DNA of 64,000 bases from Ostreococcus lucimarinus (lineage: Eukaryota). Location of the stretch: NCBI GenBank assembly GCA_000092065.1, contig CP000593.1. One strand, written 5' to 3'. The number at the start of each line of letters is the position of its first letter. Position 1 is the first letter of the stretch. This document shows positions 39,201 to 48,922 of the stretch, one piece after another. The position numbers were made by a program, and so were the translations under genes. The notes under the pieces are model-generated. The model was not told where the DNA came from and did not search any database. It saw only the letters and a list, made by a program, of their open reading frames with translations.

Positions 39201-39390
39201 GAACGGCTTTAGCTTCGAAGGGACCGATGAAGGTTCGCTCAACTACGCGCTCGATAGATGCCTCGATGCCTTCTACAACGATCGCGTGTGGTTCCGTTCG
39301 CTTCAAAAGCGTTGCATGCTCCAAGACTGGTCCTGGAACAAGCCCGCGCTCGAGTACGAAGAGTTGTACTTCAAGATGCTCGGGCAATAA
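36229..39390 (+). CDS. Starch synthase III-type (SSIII): long N-terminal region with repeated starch-binding (CBM25/53-like) modules and coiled coil, C-terminal GT5 catalytic domain
   Basis: Catalytic domain ..[44 protein letters not shown].. and ..[31 protein letters not shown].. The start is taken at [10 protein letters not shown] (36229) because the ORF upstream of it is antisense to the Nudix gene. Confidence 0.85.
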   Translation: [1053 protein letters not shown]

Positions 39391-39561
39391 ATAGTCGCGC
39401 GTCCGAGGGATTGCGCGAGTGCGCGAAAACTTCATCACACACAACCGCTAGCAACGCAAGATTAATTCAAATTCAATCACTGTACGCTATCGACCGATCC
39501 TTCAAGTCGCGCGTTTCGCCTTTCCGTCCCGAGGCGCTATCCTTGGGACAAGATGATGCGT

Positions 39562-39569
39562 TGACGTCA
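39562..39569. promoter_or_regulatory. TGACGTCA palindrome 15 bp upstream of the ATG of the DUF1997 gene
   Basis: Read directly in the sequence. This is the second intergenic occurrence of this octamer in the window; the other is in the HCF136 promoter. Confidence 0.35.
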
Positions 39570-39583
39570 GACACCCGCCCGCG

Positions 39584-40291
39584 ATGCCCACCGCGCTCGC
39601 CTCGCGCGCTTCCACGTTCATCGGGCGCACGAACGCATCTTTGCGCGCGTCCTCGCACGCGTCAACGTCCACGGCGCGTCGTCCCGCGCCGATTCGAGCC
39701 GATGTTCGTCGTTCGTGGCAAAGCCAAAAATCGCTTCGCATGACTTTACAAGACGAACACGAGCGCCACACGTTCGAGTCGTACCTCTCCGACGGTGAGC
39801 GCGTCATCGGAGTCACGTTTCCCGACGGTCGAAGGCGAGAGAAGCTGGACGAGACGACGTGGCGCGTGCGATTGCTGCCGTTTGAGTTTTTGGGCCAACG
39901 CGTGACGGTGTACGCCACGCTCACGCTCACGCCGCTCGAGGAGGGATTGACGATCGGAGCGAAGGAACTGGAGTTCGTGGGATTACCGAAAGAGATGGAT
40001 TTACAAGGCAAGGTGAAACTCACGATGGAAGGCGCGCTTCGACCGCCGAGGGGTGATAAGACGGTGAACGGAGACGTGACGCTCACGCTCGACGCGGCGG
40101 TGAACGACTTCGTCGCGATGACTCCGGGGTTGGATTTCGTGGTCAACGGCATCAACGATACGGTACTGGCTAATTTACAAGGTTCTATCGAAGACAATCT
40201 GCTCGCTGATTACGCTCGATGGTGGAAGCAATGCCAGAGGTTGGCGGCGGTTCGCGCTTCTCGCGCCGCCGCCGCCGCCGCGACCGAGTGA
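39584..40291 (+). CDS. DUF1997-family protein (cyanobacterial/plastid lineage protein of unknown function), with N-terminal transit-peptide-like region
   Basis: ..WRVRLLPFEFLGQRVTVYATLTLTP.. and the C-terminal ..LANLQGSIEDNLLADYARWW are collinear with cyanobacterial DUF1997 proteins, recalled from memory. The N-terminus is S/T/R-rich. Confidence 0.5.
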   Translation: MPTALASRASTFIGRTNASLRASSHASTSTARRPAPIRADVRRSWQSQKSLRMTLQDEHERHTFESYLSDGERVIGVTFPDGRRREKLDETTWRVRLLPFEFLGQRVTVYATLTLTPLEEGLTIGAKELEFVGLPKEMDLQGKVKLTMEGALRPPRGDKTVNGDVTLTLDAAVNDFVAMTPGLDFVVNGINDTVLANLQGSIEDNLLADYARWWKQCQRLAAVRASRAAAAAATE

Positions 40292-40506
40292 TCCAACATT
40301 CCACGCTTTGCCCTTCGATTCGCGCCGCGTTCCCTCATTCGCCTCGTCGCGTTGATTTTCACGGTCAAGTTGTTTGTAATTTATGATGCCCTAGCCCACA
40401 TCCACGTCGTTCGCCGTCATCCGAATCTTCGCTCGTCTCGCGCCGCGCTTCGCGCTTCGCGTCCCGCTCCGACGTCGTCGCGCCGCACACTCCGTCGTTC
40501 GTCGCC

Positions 40507-41853
40507 ATGGCCACCTCCGCCCTGGACGACGTCGTCCTCATCGCCAGCGCGGCGAAGGACTCGCACATCGTCGCCTTCGACGCGCGCACGGGCGCCGTCG
40601 TCAAGCAATACGTCGCCAAGGACGGCGCCGCCGCCCTGTGCGTGAGCAACTGCGAAAGAATCATCGCCATCGCGCCCGATAAGCGCGCGATGACGACGCA
40701 CGGCGTCGATAAAGAATCTCTCGAACGCGCCTCCGTGCTGCCCGAGCGGCCGAGCGCGGTGTGCGCGTCGAGAGACGGGGCGTACGTCGCGAGCGGGTCG
40801 GCGAGCGGGACGTGCGCGGTGTGGGAAGCGCGGAGCGGGCGGTTGCTCGCGAGGTTTAAAGCGCACTTTAAGGGCGTGACGACGATGACGTTCACGCCTT
40901 GCGGAAGCGCGCTGGTGACGGGAGGAGAGGATGGGGCGGTGCACGCGTGGAGGGTGAGCGCGCTGTGCGACGACGGCGGCGCGGGGACGCGAGCAAACGC
41001 GTGGAGAAGTTGGACCGAACACGCGCTGGGCGTGAGCGGGGTGACGTGTGGGAGCGTCGCGGGCGCGGGTGGAGACGTGAGCGTGGTTTCGTGCAGCGCC
41101 GATCGGACGTGTAAGATTTATAGCTTGGGGAATGGGACGACGCTTCGGCAGGTGCGATGTCCCACGGCGTTGACGTGCTGCGCGTTGGACGCGTGCGAAG
41201 CCACGCTCTACGCCGGTGGGGTCGATGGACGCGTGTTTGAGATCCCACTTAACGGTGCACCGTCGGTGGCGGCGAGTTTGGACGGCGGCATCGACGCGAG
41301 AGACGGCATGGTGGCGCTCGTCGGGCACTCGAAGAAGCTCGTGAGCGTGCGGTGCTCGAGCGACGGCAACTCCATCATCTCCGCGAGCGAAGACGGTACC
41401 GCGCGCGTGTGGGACGTCGCGTCTCGCCAGACGTTACACATTTTGCGTCATCCCAAGGCGCCCATCAGCGACATTGCTCTCATTCCTCGTTCGCGATACA
41501 GCGGTCAAGGCAGAGGCGATTACGGCGCCGATAGAAAGCGCGCCAAGACTTTGCCCGCGCCGACGTTCAGCAAGTTTCTCATCGGTCCGGGGGATCGAAG
41601 TGGATTGAAACCTTGGCAAGGAACGTCGGTTTCTATCTCCGGCATTTCCAAGAAGCGCGCCGTCGATGCATCTCAAACCGTCGGCCACGACGACGCGCCG
41701 ACGACATCCGGCGCCGTAGACGACGACGCTCGCGCCGCGCTCGCCAAGAAATCCACCGAGCTCGATCGCGCGCGCGCCGAGGTGGAAGAGTGGAAAAAGC
41801 TCTACGGCGACCTTAAGTCCTTAGTCGATCGCCAGCTCGTGGACGCGCCGTGA
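40507..41853 (+). CDS. WD40-repeat protein, WDR18/Ipi3-like (Rix1/PELP1 complex, pre-60S maturation) with C-terminal coiled coil
   Basis: The WD repeats (..GAYVASGSASGTCAVWEARSGRLLARFKAHFKGVTTMTFTPCGSALVTGGEDGAVHAWRV..) and the terminal coiled coil (..ELDRARAEVEEWKKLYGDLKSLVDRQL) follow the WDR18 layout. Confidence 0.55.
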   Translation: MATSALDDVVLIASAAKDSHIVAFDARTGAVVKQYVAKDGAAALCVSNCERIIAIAPDKRAMTTHGVDKESLERASVLPERPSAVCASRDGAYVASGSASGTCAVWEARSGRLLARFKAHFKGVTTMTFTPCGSALVTGGEDGAVHAWRVSALCDDGGAGTRANAWRSWTEHALGVSGVTCGSVAGAGGDVSVVSCSADRTCKIYSLGNGTTLRQVRCPTALTCCALDACEATLYAGGVDGRVFEIPLNGAPSVAASLDGGIDARDGMVALVGHSKKLVSVRCSSDGNSIISASEDGTARVWDVASRQTLHILRHPKAPISDIALIPRSRYSGQGRGDYGADRKRAKTLPAPTFSKFLIGPGDRSGLKPWQGTSVSISGISKKRAVDASQTVGHDDAPTTSGAVDDDARAALAKKSTELDRARAEVEEWKKLYGDLKSLVDRQLVDAP

Positions 41854-42055
41854 CACTGTACTAATATAATCGTAGCCAACGCACAACTTTGTCCCGAAGC
41901 GCGTCAACCAACTCCGCACACGCGCGCGCGTTCGCCCCGCACCCGTCATCGCGCGCGCCTGGCGCAGAAAACACGCGTTTTTGACCGTGACTCGCGCGCG
42001 TCGCGCGAACGGACGCTCAACGCGCGCGTGAGACGGATCGAAAGGCGCCGCCGCC

Positions 42056-44821
42056 ATGGGCAAGAAACGAAACGAATCGCGCGACGAACGCGTCGATGAC
42101 GACGCCGACCACGACGCGTGGCTGCGCGACGACGAGTCGTGGCGGTCGTTAAGCGTGAACACCAACGCGCTCATGCTCGGGGCGCAAGAAGAAGGATTCA
42201 TGAGTTTGGAAGTTTTGGACCCGTCGGCGGCGAGCGACTACGCGAAGACAAACGCGTCAAACGGCGACGCAAAGGGAACGACGAAGAAAGGTGAAACGAA
42301 AGCGAAAGCGTCAATGAAGAGCGATGGTGATCGAGCGAAGGCCAAAGCGGGGAAGAAGAAGGCTTCGAAGAAGTCGAATGAGAATTCGACGACGACGGCG
42401 GTGCCGAGCGCGTTAGCGGCGCTGGACGAAGCCGCTCTGGAGGGCTTGTCGGGGAAGGAGGCGCGAATTATGAAGAGAAAACTGCGCTGGAAGGCAAAGA
42501 TCGAGGCGAAGAAAATAGCGAAGAAGAGTGGTGCGGTGGCGGTACCGGCGGCGAAGAAGAACAGTGGTGACGGCGTTGCCATCGTGGACGACGCGCCGAC
42601 AACGTCTGGCGCGACTCAAGCTAAGAAGAAGAAGGACACGAAAGTCACAGAGAAGAAAGAAAACAGAAAGACTTTAGTGAAACCGGATGAAGAGCTCGTT
42701 GCGGATGCAGCATTGGACGTGGAAGAGGATTGGGAAAAGATTACACACAAAAAGGTGGCGGCGAAAGATGCGCCGATGAATAAGGCGTCGACGGCGAGTG
42801 GTTTCGATTACAACAAGCACCCGACATCAGGAATGAGTGCTGTCGTCGATGGCGTGGATTTAGATCGTGGTTGCGACGTGAGTGCATGGTTTGAGTTTGA
42901 TTTACACCCGCTCATCATGCGCGCGATTCAAGATTGCGGTTTTACCACGCCAACGCCTATTCAGCGCGAGTGCTTGCTACCGGCGACAAAGGGTCGATGC
43001 GATATCATCGGTGCGGCGCAAACGGGGAGTGGGAAAACTTTAGCGTTTGCGTTGCCTATTTTGCAACGCTTACTTTCCCAAGGTATCGGTTTACCCGAAG
43101 GATACGCGACGAAAGAGGAAGAAGATTCAGAGCAATTGCCAGACGTGCTTCGAGCACTCATCGTCGCGCCCACGCGCGAATTAGCGCTCCAAGTCTGCGC
43201 CATGATGCGCGCAGTCGCGGTGTACACGAAAATTGACGTATGTCCTGTCGTTGGTGGGATGTCGAAGGAAAAGCAAGAACGACTTTTGAATAGGAAACCG
43301 GCAGTCATCGTCGCCACGCCTGGGCGGATGTGGGACACAATGCAAAGCGGCCACGAGCACTTGACCGAACTCAGCGCGCTTTCGTTTTTCGTCCTCGACG
43401 AAGCCGATCGTATGGTGGAGCGAGGTCATTTTAGCGAGCTCACGAGCATCATTCAGAACATCCCGCAGCCGCCGCGCATCAAGCGTCCGGGCGGCGCCGC
43501 AAAGCTCACTAGCGTAGAACGCGAGGCTGCGGGGGCGACGGATGCGTTCGCTGAGGACACGGAAGAGGATGATAAACAGAAAGTGTTAGCCCTGCGCCCA
43601 AAGCAGATGCTTGATCGACAAACATTCGTCTTCAGCGCTACGCTCACGGTTCCGGATTCTGTGCGCAGAAAGTTGAAAAAAGGTAAGGCGTGGACGTCGA
43701 AACGTCCGGCATCCATGAGCGGAAAGCCGCAGAGCGGTTCTTTAGAATCACTCATGGAGGCTGTTCCGTTTTACGGGCGTGTGAAAATGGTCGATCTGAC
43801 CACAAAAGAGCGTAAAGGGGGTGCCGTGGCGAAATCAATCGCGGAAAGTGCGCTGGAGTGCACCGAGGACGATCGCGACTCGCTGTTGTACTATCTCCTC
43901 TCGGCGCATCCCGGGATGACCATCGTCTTCGTCAACGCTATTTCATGCTTGCGTCGGGTCGTGGCGCTTTTGAAGATTCTTCGCGTGCCCGTGGAAGGGC
44001 TTCACGCGGGTATGCAACAGCGTGCTCGTTTGAAGGCGCTCGATCGATTCAAAGCCGCTGCGGCGGCGGCGGACAAGGGCGATCGCCACGCGCACTCGGT
44101 GCTCGTAGCCACCGACGTCGCCGCACGAGGTCTCGACGTCAAGGGCGTGGAACTGGTCATTCATTACCAAATCCCACTCAGTGCGGACACGTATATTCAT
44201 CGAAGCGGCCGCACTGGGCGCGCGGATAAGTTGGGCGCGGCGGTTTCCTTGGTGACGCCGAAGGATCGCGCGCGATATTACTCGCTGTTGAAGTCTCTCA
44301 ACCGCGACGGACCATTAGACCCGTTCCCGATCGCGGAAGAGACTTTGACCGCCGCGAGCAGACGTTTAGCCGTGACGCGTAAGATCGACAAGCTGTCGCA
44401 CGCGAAGAAGAAGGCCAAGGCGGACAAGGAGTGGCGCAAGACGAACGCCGAGGAGCTCGGCATCATTCTCAGCGAATCCGAGTCCGACGAAGATTTACAA
44501 GAGTACCAAGAAGACCAAAGCGCCAAGAGCACGGCTGCGGCAAACGAGCGCAAGCTTCGCGCTGAACTCGATGCCATGATCGCCATCCCGCTCGGCTCTC
44601 ATCGTCACTCCTTGATCGGAAGCGCGAAATTCCCCAGTCGCGGCGGCGGCGACGCGTTGCTCAAAGCCAAGCGCGCGCGCGCTCGAGACGAATCCAACGT
44701 CTCCGCCGTCGCCATGCTCAACGGCGACAAATCCTCAAAATCTCAGCCTTTACCCGCCGCAATCACCGGCGCCATCGCCGGCGGCGCTCGCGGCAAGCGT
44801 CGCAAGACCAAGAAAATGTAG
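42056..44821 (+). CDS. DEAD-box ATP-dependent RNA helicase, DDX24/Mak5-like (nucleolar, with Lys-rich N-terminus)
   Basis: Q motif and motif I ..FTTPTPIQRECLLPA..AQTGSGKTLAF.., PTREL, DEAD (VLDEADRM), SAT, and HRSGRTGRA. Long basic N- and C-terminal extensions. Confidence 0.85.
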   Translation: MGKKRNESRDERVDDDADHDAWLRDDESWRSLSVNTNALMLGAQEEGFMSLEVLDPSAASDYAKTNASNGDAKGTTKKGETKAKASMKSDGDRAKAKAGKKKASKKSNENSTTTAVPSALAALDEAALEGLSGKEARIMKRKLRWKAKIEAKKIAKKSGAVAVPAAKKNSGDGVAIVDDAPTTSGATQAKKKKDTKVTEKKENRKTLVKPDEELVADAALDVEEDWEKITHKKVAAKDAPMNKASTASGFDYNKHPTSGMSAVVDGVDLDRGCDVSAWFEFDLHPLIMRAIQDCGFTTPTPIQRECLLPATKGRCDIIGAAQTGSGKTLAFALPILQRLLSQGIGLPEGYATKEEEDSEQLPDVLRALIVAPTRELALQVCAMMRAVAVYTKIDVCPVVGGMSKEKQERLLNRKPAVIVATPGRMWDTMQSGHEHLTELSALSFFVLDEADRMVERGHFSELTSIIQNIPQPPRIKRPGGAAKLTSVEREAAGATDAFAEDTEEDDKQKVLALRPKQMLDRQTFVFSATLTVPDSVRRKLKKGKAWTSKRPASMSGKPQSGSLESLMEAVPFYGRVKMVDLTTKERKGGAVAKSIAESALECTEDDRDSLLYYLLSAHPGMTIVFVNAISCLRRVVALLKILRVPVEGLHAGMQQRARLKALDRFKAAAAAADKGDRHAHSVLVATDVAARGLDVKGVELVIHYQIPLSADTYIHRSGRTGRADKLGAAVSLVTPKDRARYYSLLKSLNRDGPLDPFPIAEETLTAASRRLAVTRKIDKLSHAKKKAKADKEWRKTNAEELGIILSESESDEDLQEYQEDQSAKSTAAANERKLRAELDAMIAIPLGSHRHSLIGSAKFPSRGGGDALLKAKRARARDESNVSAVAMLNGDKSSKSQPLPAAITGAIAGGARGKRRKTKKM

Positions 44822-44916
44822 ACTTCGCCGCGATTCGCGCTCTCATCAATGCACGCGTCGCCGTCATCTCATCGCCTCGCGCGCGTCACACCTCGCCGCG
44901 TCTCGCGCCCGACCGC

Positions 44917-45162
44917 ATGCCGTCGCGATCGATCGACGATTTCTGCCACCTCCCGCGCGACCTCGCGCCCGGGTCGATCGGCGCCGACGTGCACTGCCTG
45001 CAAAGACTCCTCGTCCGGGAAAAGTTTTTGAAACGCGGCGCCCGAGCCGATGGACGATACGATGCGAACACGCGCGACGCCGTCAAGGCGTGGGCGACGG
45101 CGAACAAGTGGGCGAACGTCAGTGGCGGCGTAGACTCCGCGATGCGGCGCGCGTACGGCGAG
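44917..45162 (+). CDS. Putative exon 1 of a small protein with a peptidoglycan-binding-like (PGBD, PG_binding_1-type) domain
   Basis: ..LAPGSIGADVHCLQRLLVREKFLKRGARADGRYDANTRDAVKAWATANKW.. fits the G-x2-G-x2-V-x2-LQ..L..DG.F...T..AV..FQ pattern. The exon ends at GAG|GTGCGT, a strong donor. Confidence 0.35.
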
Positions 45163-45256
45163 GTGCGTGATGGACGCGGACCGATGACGAACGACCGACC
45201 GACCGACCAGTTGGACCGAAGACTGACGAGACGACGGACGCGCGCGCGCGAGATAG

Positions 45257-45565
45257 GCGAACGATTACGCGACGACGTCGAGCGGACGGTTGGTGAACGA
45301 TTGCGCGAATGGGAAAAATGTCGATGGGTTGGCGTGCGTGGACGTGTGCGTGGAACACGGGGAGACGACGCAGTATTGTCAGACGAAGTGCGCGACGCGA
45401 GACGACGATAAAAAGTTTGCGTGCAGAGCGGCGTGTCAGGACGCGTTCGCGGGTGCGTGCGATCGTGCGTTTCCACCGACGAGCGAAGAAAATCGGGTGA
45501 AGTTTGAGGGGTGCTTAGAAAACATGGCGGCGGAGTGCGCGCGCTCGTGCAAGCGATGGAAGTGA
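45257..45565 (+). CDS. Putative exon 2 (frame-shifted relative to exon 1): Cys-rich C-terminal domain (10 Cys, ..CANGKNVDGLACVDVCVEHGETTQYCQTKCATRDDDKKFACRAACQDAFAGACDRA..)
   Basis: The candidate acceptor is ATAG|GCG at 45254-45256, giving a 94-nt intron (45163-45256) that restores the frame. The six-frame track only opens this ORF with a TTG start. Confidence 0.3.
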   Translation, partial: ANDYATTSSGRLVNDCANGKNVDGLACVDVCVEHGETTQYCQTKCATRDDDKKFACRAACQDAFAGACDRAFPPTSEENRVKFEGCLENMAAECARSCKRWK

Positions 45566-45727
45566 TGAAATCGTCGAGTCAAACGTGTAAATCGCGCGGC
45601 GTAGCCGGCTCTGGATTAACATTTTCACAACAAACTCGGTCGGCGTCGTCTCCCTAACGGCATCCTAACGGCTCATTCCTCGAGATTAATCGAGTTTCCT
45701 AGTCGCTCGTACAATTTCTAAATCTCG

Positions 45728-46090
45728 TCAGTCGTCGAACGCGCGCGCGGTCCGACGCGCGAGGCGCACCTTTTTCAACTCCTCCATGCCTTCTCGCAAC
45801 ACCTTCCTCTCCCCCTTCAGCGCCTCCAACGCCGCGCGCTCGCGCGTCAGCATCGCCTCAACCTTCGCCTCCGCCTGTTCGTTGTCCATCTTCACGAAGC
45901 ACTCCCCCATGAGCACGCACGCGTCGTCCTCGTCGTTGACCGCGAGCTCGGTCGAGGCTTCGTCCAAGTCATCGATCTGCTTCTCTTTGTGTTTAATCTC
46001 CGAGTTTATCTCGTGCGCGCGCGCGTTCATGCGCGAGAAGGCGCATATGCGCTGTTGGTCCTCCCACGTCACCTCCTTCGCGGCGCTCAT
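45728..46090 (-). CDS. PFDN4: Prefoldin subunit 4 (beta-type)
   Basis: MSAAKEVTWEDQQRICAFSRMNARAHEINSEIKHKEKQIDDLDEAS.. is collinear with prefoldin-4 (..VTFEDQQKINKFAR..). The ATG is at 46090, and the upstream part of the ORF is non-coding-like. Confidence 0.8.
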   Translation of the reverse strand: MSAAKEVTWEDQQRICAFSRMNARAHEINSEIKHKEKQIDDLDEASTELAVNDEDDACVLMGECFVKMDNEQAEAKVEAMLTRERAALEALKGERKVLREGMEELKKVRLARRTARAFDD

Positions 46091-46522
46091 GGGCGCGGCG
46101 AGGCGTCGTCTGGCGCCCGCGCGATGGTTGGCGCGAATGACCCGGGCGCGCGCGCAGCGCAAATCCAAGAGCGATCGGCGTAAAAAAAGTAACGCATCTT
46201 CAAGTCCACCTGGAGCGACGCACGCGTGAGTCACGGAGTTCACGACGCGGACGCGCGGCACGCACCTCCTTAACCACTCGGACACAGTGACCGCGTCGCG
46301 CGAACGTCACCGACGAGATTTGAACTCGCGCACGCATAGCGTAGTGGATATCTTTAATACGAAAGAATACTGCATAAATGCACATGTCGGCTTCAGTGCG
46401 TTCGCGCGATGCGATTTCGTTGATGTTACAGGTTGAATACGAAACCACGCGCGGGGCGTCGGACGATGCTCGACGAGAGCGCGGGGAGGCGTCGCGAGGG
46501 CGAACGCGAAAAGGGAGAAGCG

Positions 46523-48853
46523 TTACAATTTCGCGCCGCACTCGTAACAAAACTTGAGCGCGACGGCGCCTACGGGATGGTTGAGCGCGCACGCGCACGC
46601 GGGACACGAAATAGACGATGATTTTGCGACGTGGTTTTCCTTGAGCGGATCTCGCGCGTCGGCGGCGACGGCGTCGAACGCGAGCGCCTGGTGACGTTGC
46701 GACTGTTGCGCCGCCGCCGCCGCGCGCGGACGCGCGATGGCGTCGCGCTCGATGATCGAGGACGATGTCGTCGTCGCCGTCGAAGGTTTGCGTATACCGA
46801 GCGCCAAGAAAGTCTTCTCCCTGCGTTCTTCGATCTGTCGCTTGCGTTCGGCGCGACGCTGCGCTCTCGCGTCCTCATCCGTTTCGCTGATGAGCTGACG
46901 GAACGACTTCTCACGCGCCTCGGCGTCTTCGACGACGTTCGATCGACCTATTCTCGGTAGAATGGTCGCCGCCGCGGCGTTTTGATCGAATTGCGACATC
47001 GCGACGTCGATTGATTTCGAAAACGTCTCGATGAGGAACCCTTCGACGAGGGCGTCTTGTTCGCCAACACGACGAGACGTCGGATTTGACACGCTGGATT
47101 CGTTCACGTCCATCAATCTATCCGCGATATCGTCGAATCGTAGCGCGTACGCGTGCGAGGCGGCGGTATTCGTAGCCTTCGTCGCGCCGGGATCGACGCG
47201 AATGCCGACGCGCGTCGCTTCGCCGCCGCGATCCCATCGCCGCGCATACGCGGCGTACGCATCGCCTTCGCTCGATCTGGTCCCACGCGACGCCGCAGCG
47301 ACGGCGGAAAAGATTTGCGAGCTCTTCACGGCACCGATCTCGGGCGAGATCGCTTCGTCGAGCGGTACCAAATTCGGTTCGGCGTCTTTGTACACGTCTT
47401 CGTTCACGTCTTCGACGACGTCTGCGTCTTCCACGATATCCTTGAGCTTGACGCTCTGTCGAGCGCTGAGTAAACCGAGCGCGTGATCCGCTTCGTCTAA
47501 TGCGTTTTGACGTGCGAGTGTGCTCATGTTGTCCATCGCGACGTTGACTTTGTTCAACCCACTCGCGCCCGCGCTCGCGGAGAGACGCCGCAACAATTCG
47601 GGCACCGTCGCGAACGCACGAAGATGAAACTCTAACCCATCGGCACCGCGGCGCACGGGATAGAGCAGCATCGGCGTAGCGTCGAGTTGTCCGTCGCTCG
47701 ACACGTCGCGGTACTGACGCCGCGCCGCCGTGCCGCTCATCCATTGAGTCTTCACTACCATCGCCGGGACGTCGCCTGGCGTCGGCGCGTCCGCGAACGC
47801 CGCGCTCCACGACGAAAACAACGCCTCGCGCACGTCTCGCGACTCCGGGACGTCGTCCATGCGCACGCACAGAGATAACGTCGAGCTCAAGTACACGCTC
47901 GGGATGTCGCGCGCGCGCACAATTTCCACCACGCGCAACGCGCTCGCTCTAGGCGGCGCGGGCGCGGGCGGTCTCGGCGCCGAGCTCGTCGTCGCCGTCG
48001 CATCCATCGTCTCCTCCTCCCCATCATCCGCGCTCGCTCGCGGCTGCAAACGCGTCGCGCGTAACCCGTGAATTTCTACCCTATCTTTCCCGCTCGACGA
48101 CGCGAACGCCAACGTTCCTCGCCACCGCTCGCCCAAATCCACCGTCTCGTCGTCGCCGACGTTTGAAATCGACGCCCCCGCGGCGTCCGCCACCGCTCGC
48201 GCCATCTCCGACCCCCCCCCCTCGCCGCACAGCACCACGCGACACCGCGCGAACGTCCCGAAGCACGCCTTCGCGCGTCGAAACACGCCGTACGCCGCGA
48301 CCATTCCCGTCGTCCACGCCGCGCCGCGTTTAAAATCGCCGACAGCCGCCGCGTTCGGCGCGAACCAAATCACATCCACCCACACCCCTCGCTCGCGATT
48401 CGCTCGCTCCATCGCCCCGCACGCGCTCGCCGCCGCCTCCTCCGCGCTCGCGCCGCGTCCGCCTTCGCCGTTTTCCCGCGACAATTCAATCCTCGCGTCT
48501 CGCAGCGTCTCCCGCAGCGTCTCCGCGTCGACCCCCGTCGTCGTCTCGCTTTCCCGCCCATCGCTCGCGAGCGCGCGCGCGATCCCGGTCCCCCACGCGC
48601 GCGCGACGTATCGCGCTCCCCTCGACGCCGCGCCGAGGCCGTTCGCGCGCAGCGCGTCGTCGTCGTCGTCGTTCGCGCGCGTCGTCCGCGTCGCGCACCC
48701 ATCGTCGTCGTCATCTTCCCCGTCCCGCATCGCGCGTTCGCACGCCGCGACGCCGTCGAGCGCGTCGATCGCGTCCGCGCACCACCGCGCGCTCGCGGCG
48801 CGCGCGTCGAGGTCGCTCGCGGCGTCGCCGACGAGCGCGACGACCAAACGCAT
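46523..48853 (-). CDS. Hypothetical 776-aa protein with possible N-terminal vWA-like region and C-terminal zinc ribbon ([27 protein letters not shown])
   Basis: Long non-repetitive ORF with good coding composition. I recognise no family. Confidence 0.4.
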   Translation of the reverse strand: MRLVVALVGDAASDLDARAASARWCADAIDALDGVAACERAMRDGEDDDDDGCATRTTRANDDDDDALRANGLGAASRGARYVARAWGTGIARALASDGRESETTTGVDAETLRETLRDARIELSRENGEGGRGASAEEAAASACGAMERANRERGVWVDVIWFAPNAAAVGDFKRGAAWTTGMVAAYGVFRRAKACFGTFARCRVVLCGEGGGSEMARAVADAAGASISNVGDDETVDLGERWRGTLAFASSSGKDRVEIHGLRATRLQPRASADDGEEETMDATATTSSAPRPPAPAPPRASALRVVEIVRARDIPSVYLSSTLSLCVRMDDVPESRDVREALFSSWSAAFADAPTPGDVPAMVVKTQWMSGTAARRQYRDVSSDGQLDATPMLLYPVRRGADGLEFHLRAFATVPELLRRLSASAGASGLNKVNVAMDNMSTLARQNALDEADHALGLLSARQSVKLKDIVEDADVVEDVNEDVYKDAEPNLVPLDEAISPEIGAVKSSQIFSAVAAASRGTRSSEGDAYAAYARRWDRGGEATRVGIRVDPGATKATNTAASHAYALRFDDIADRLMDVNESSVSNPTSRRVGEQDALVEGFLIETFSKSIDVAMSQFDQNAAAATILPRIGRSNVVEDAEAREKSFRQLISETDEDARAQRRAERKRQIEERREKTFLALGIRKPSTATTTSSSIIERDAIARPRAAAAAQQSQRHQALAFDAVAADARDPLKENHVAKSSSISCPACACALNHPVGAVALKFCYECGAKL

Positions 48854-48922
48854 CGCGGCGCGGCGACGAATGAAGTCGAAAATTCGTCACAACGCCGCGT
48901 CGCGCGGTGCGGCGCGCGCGCG

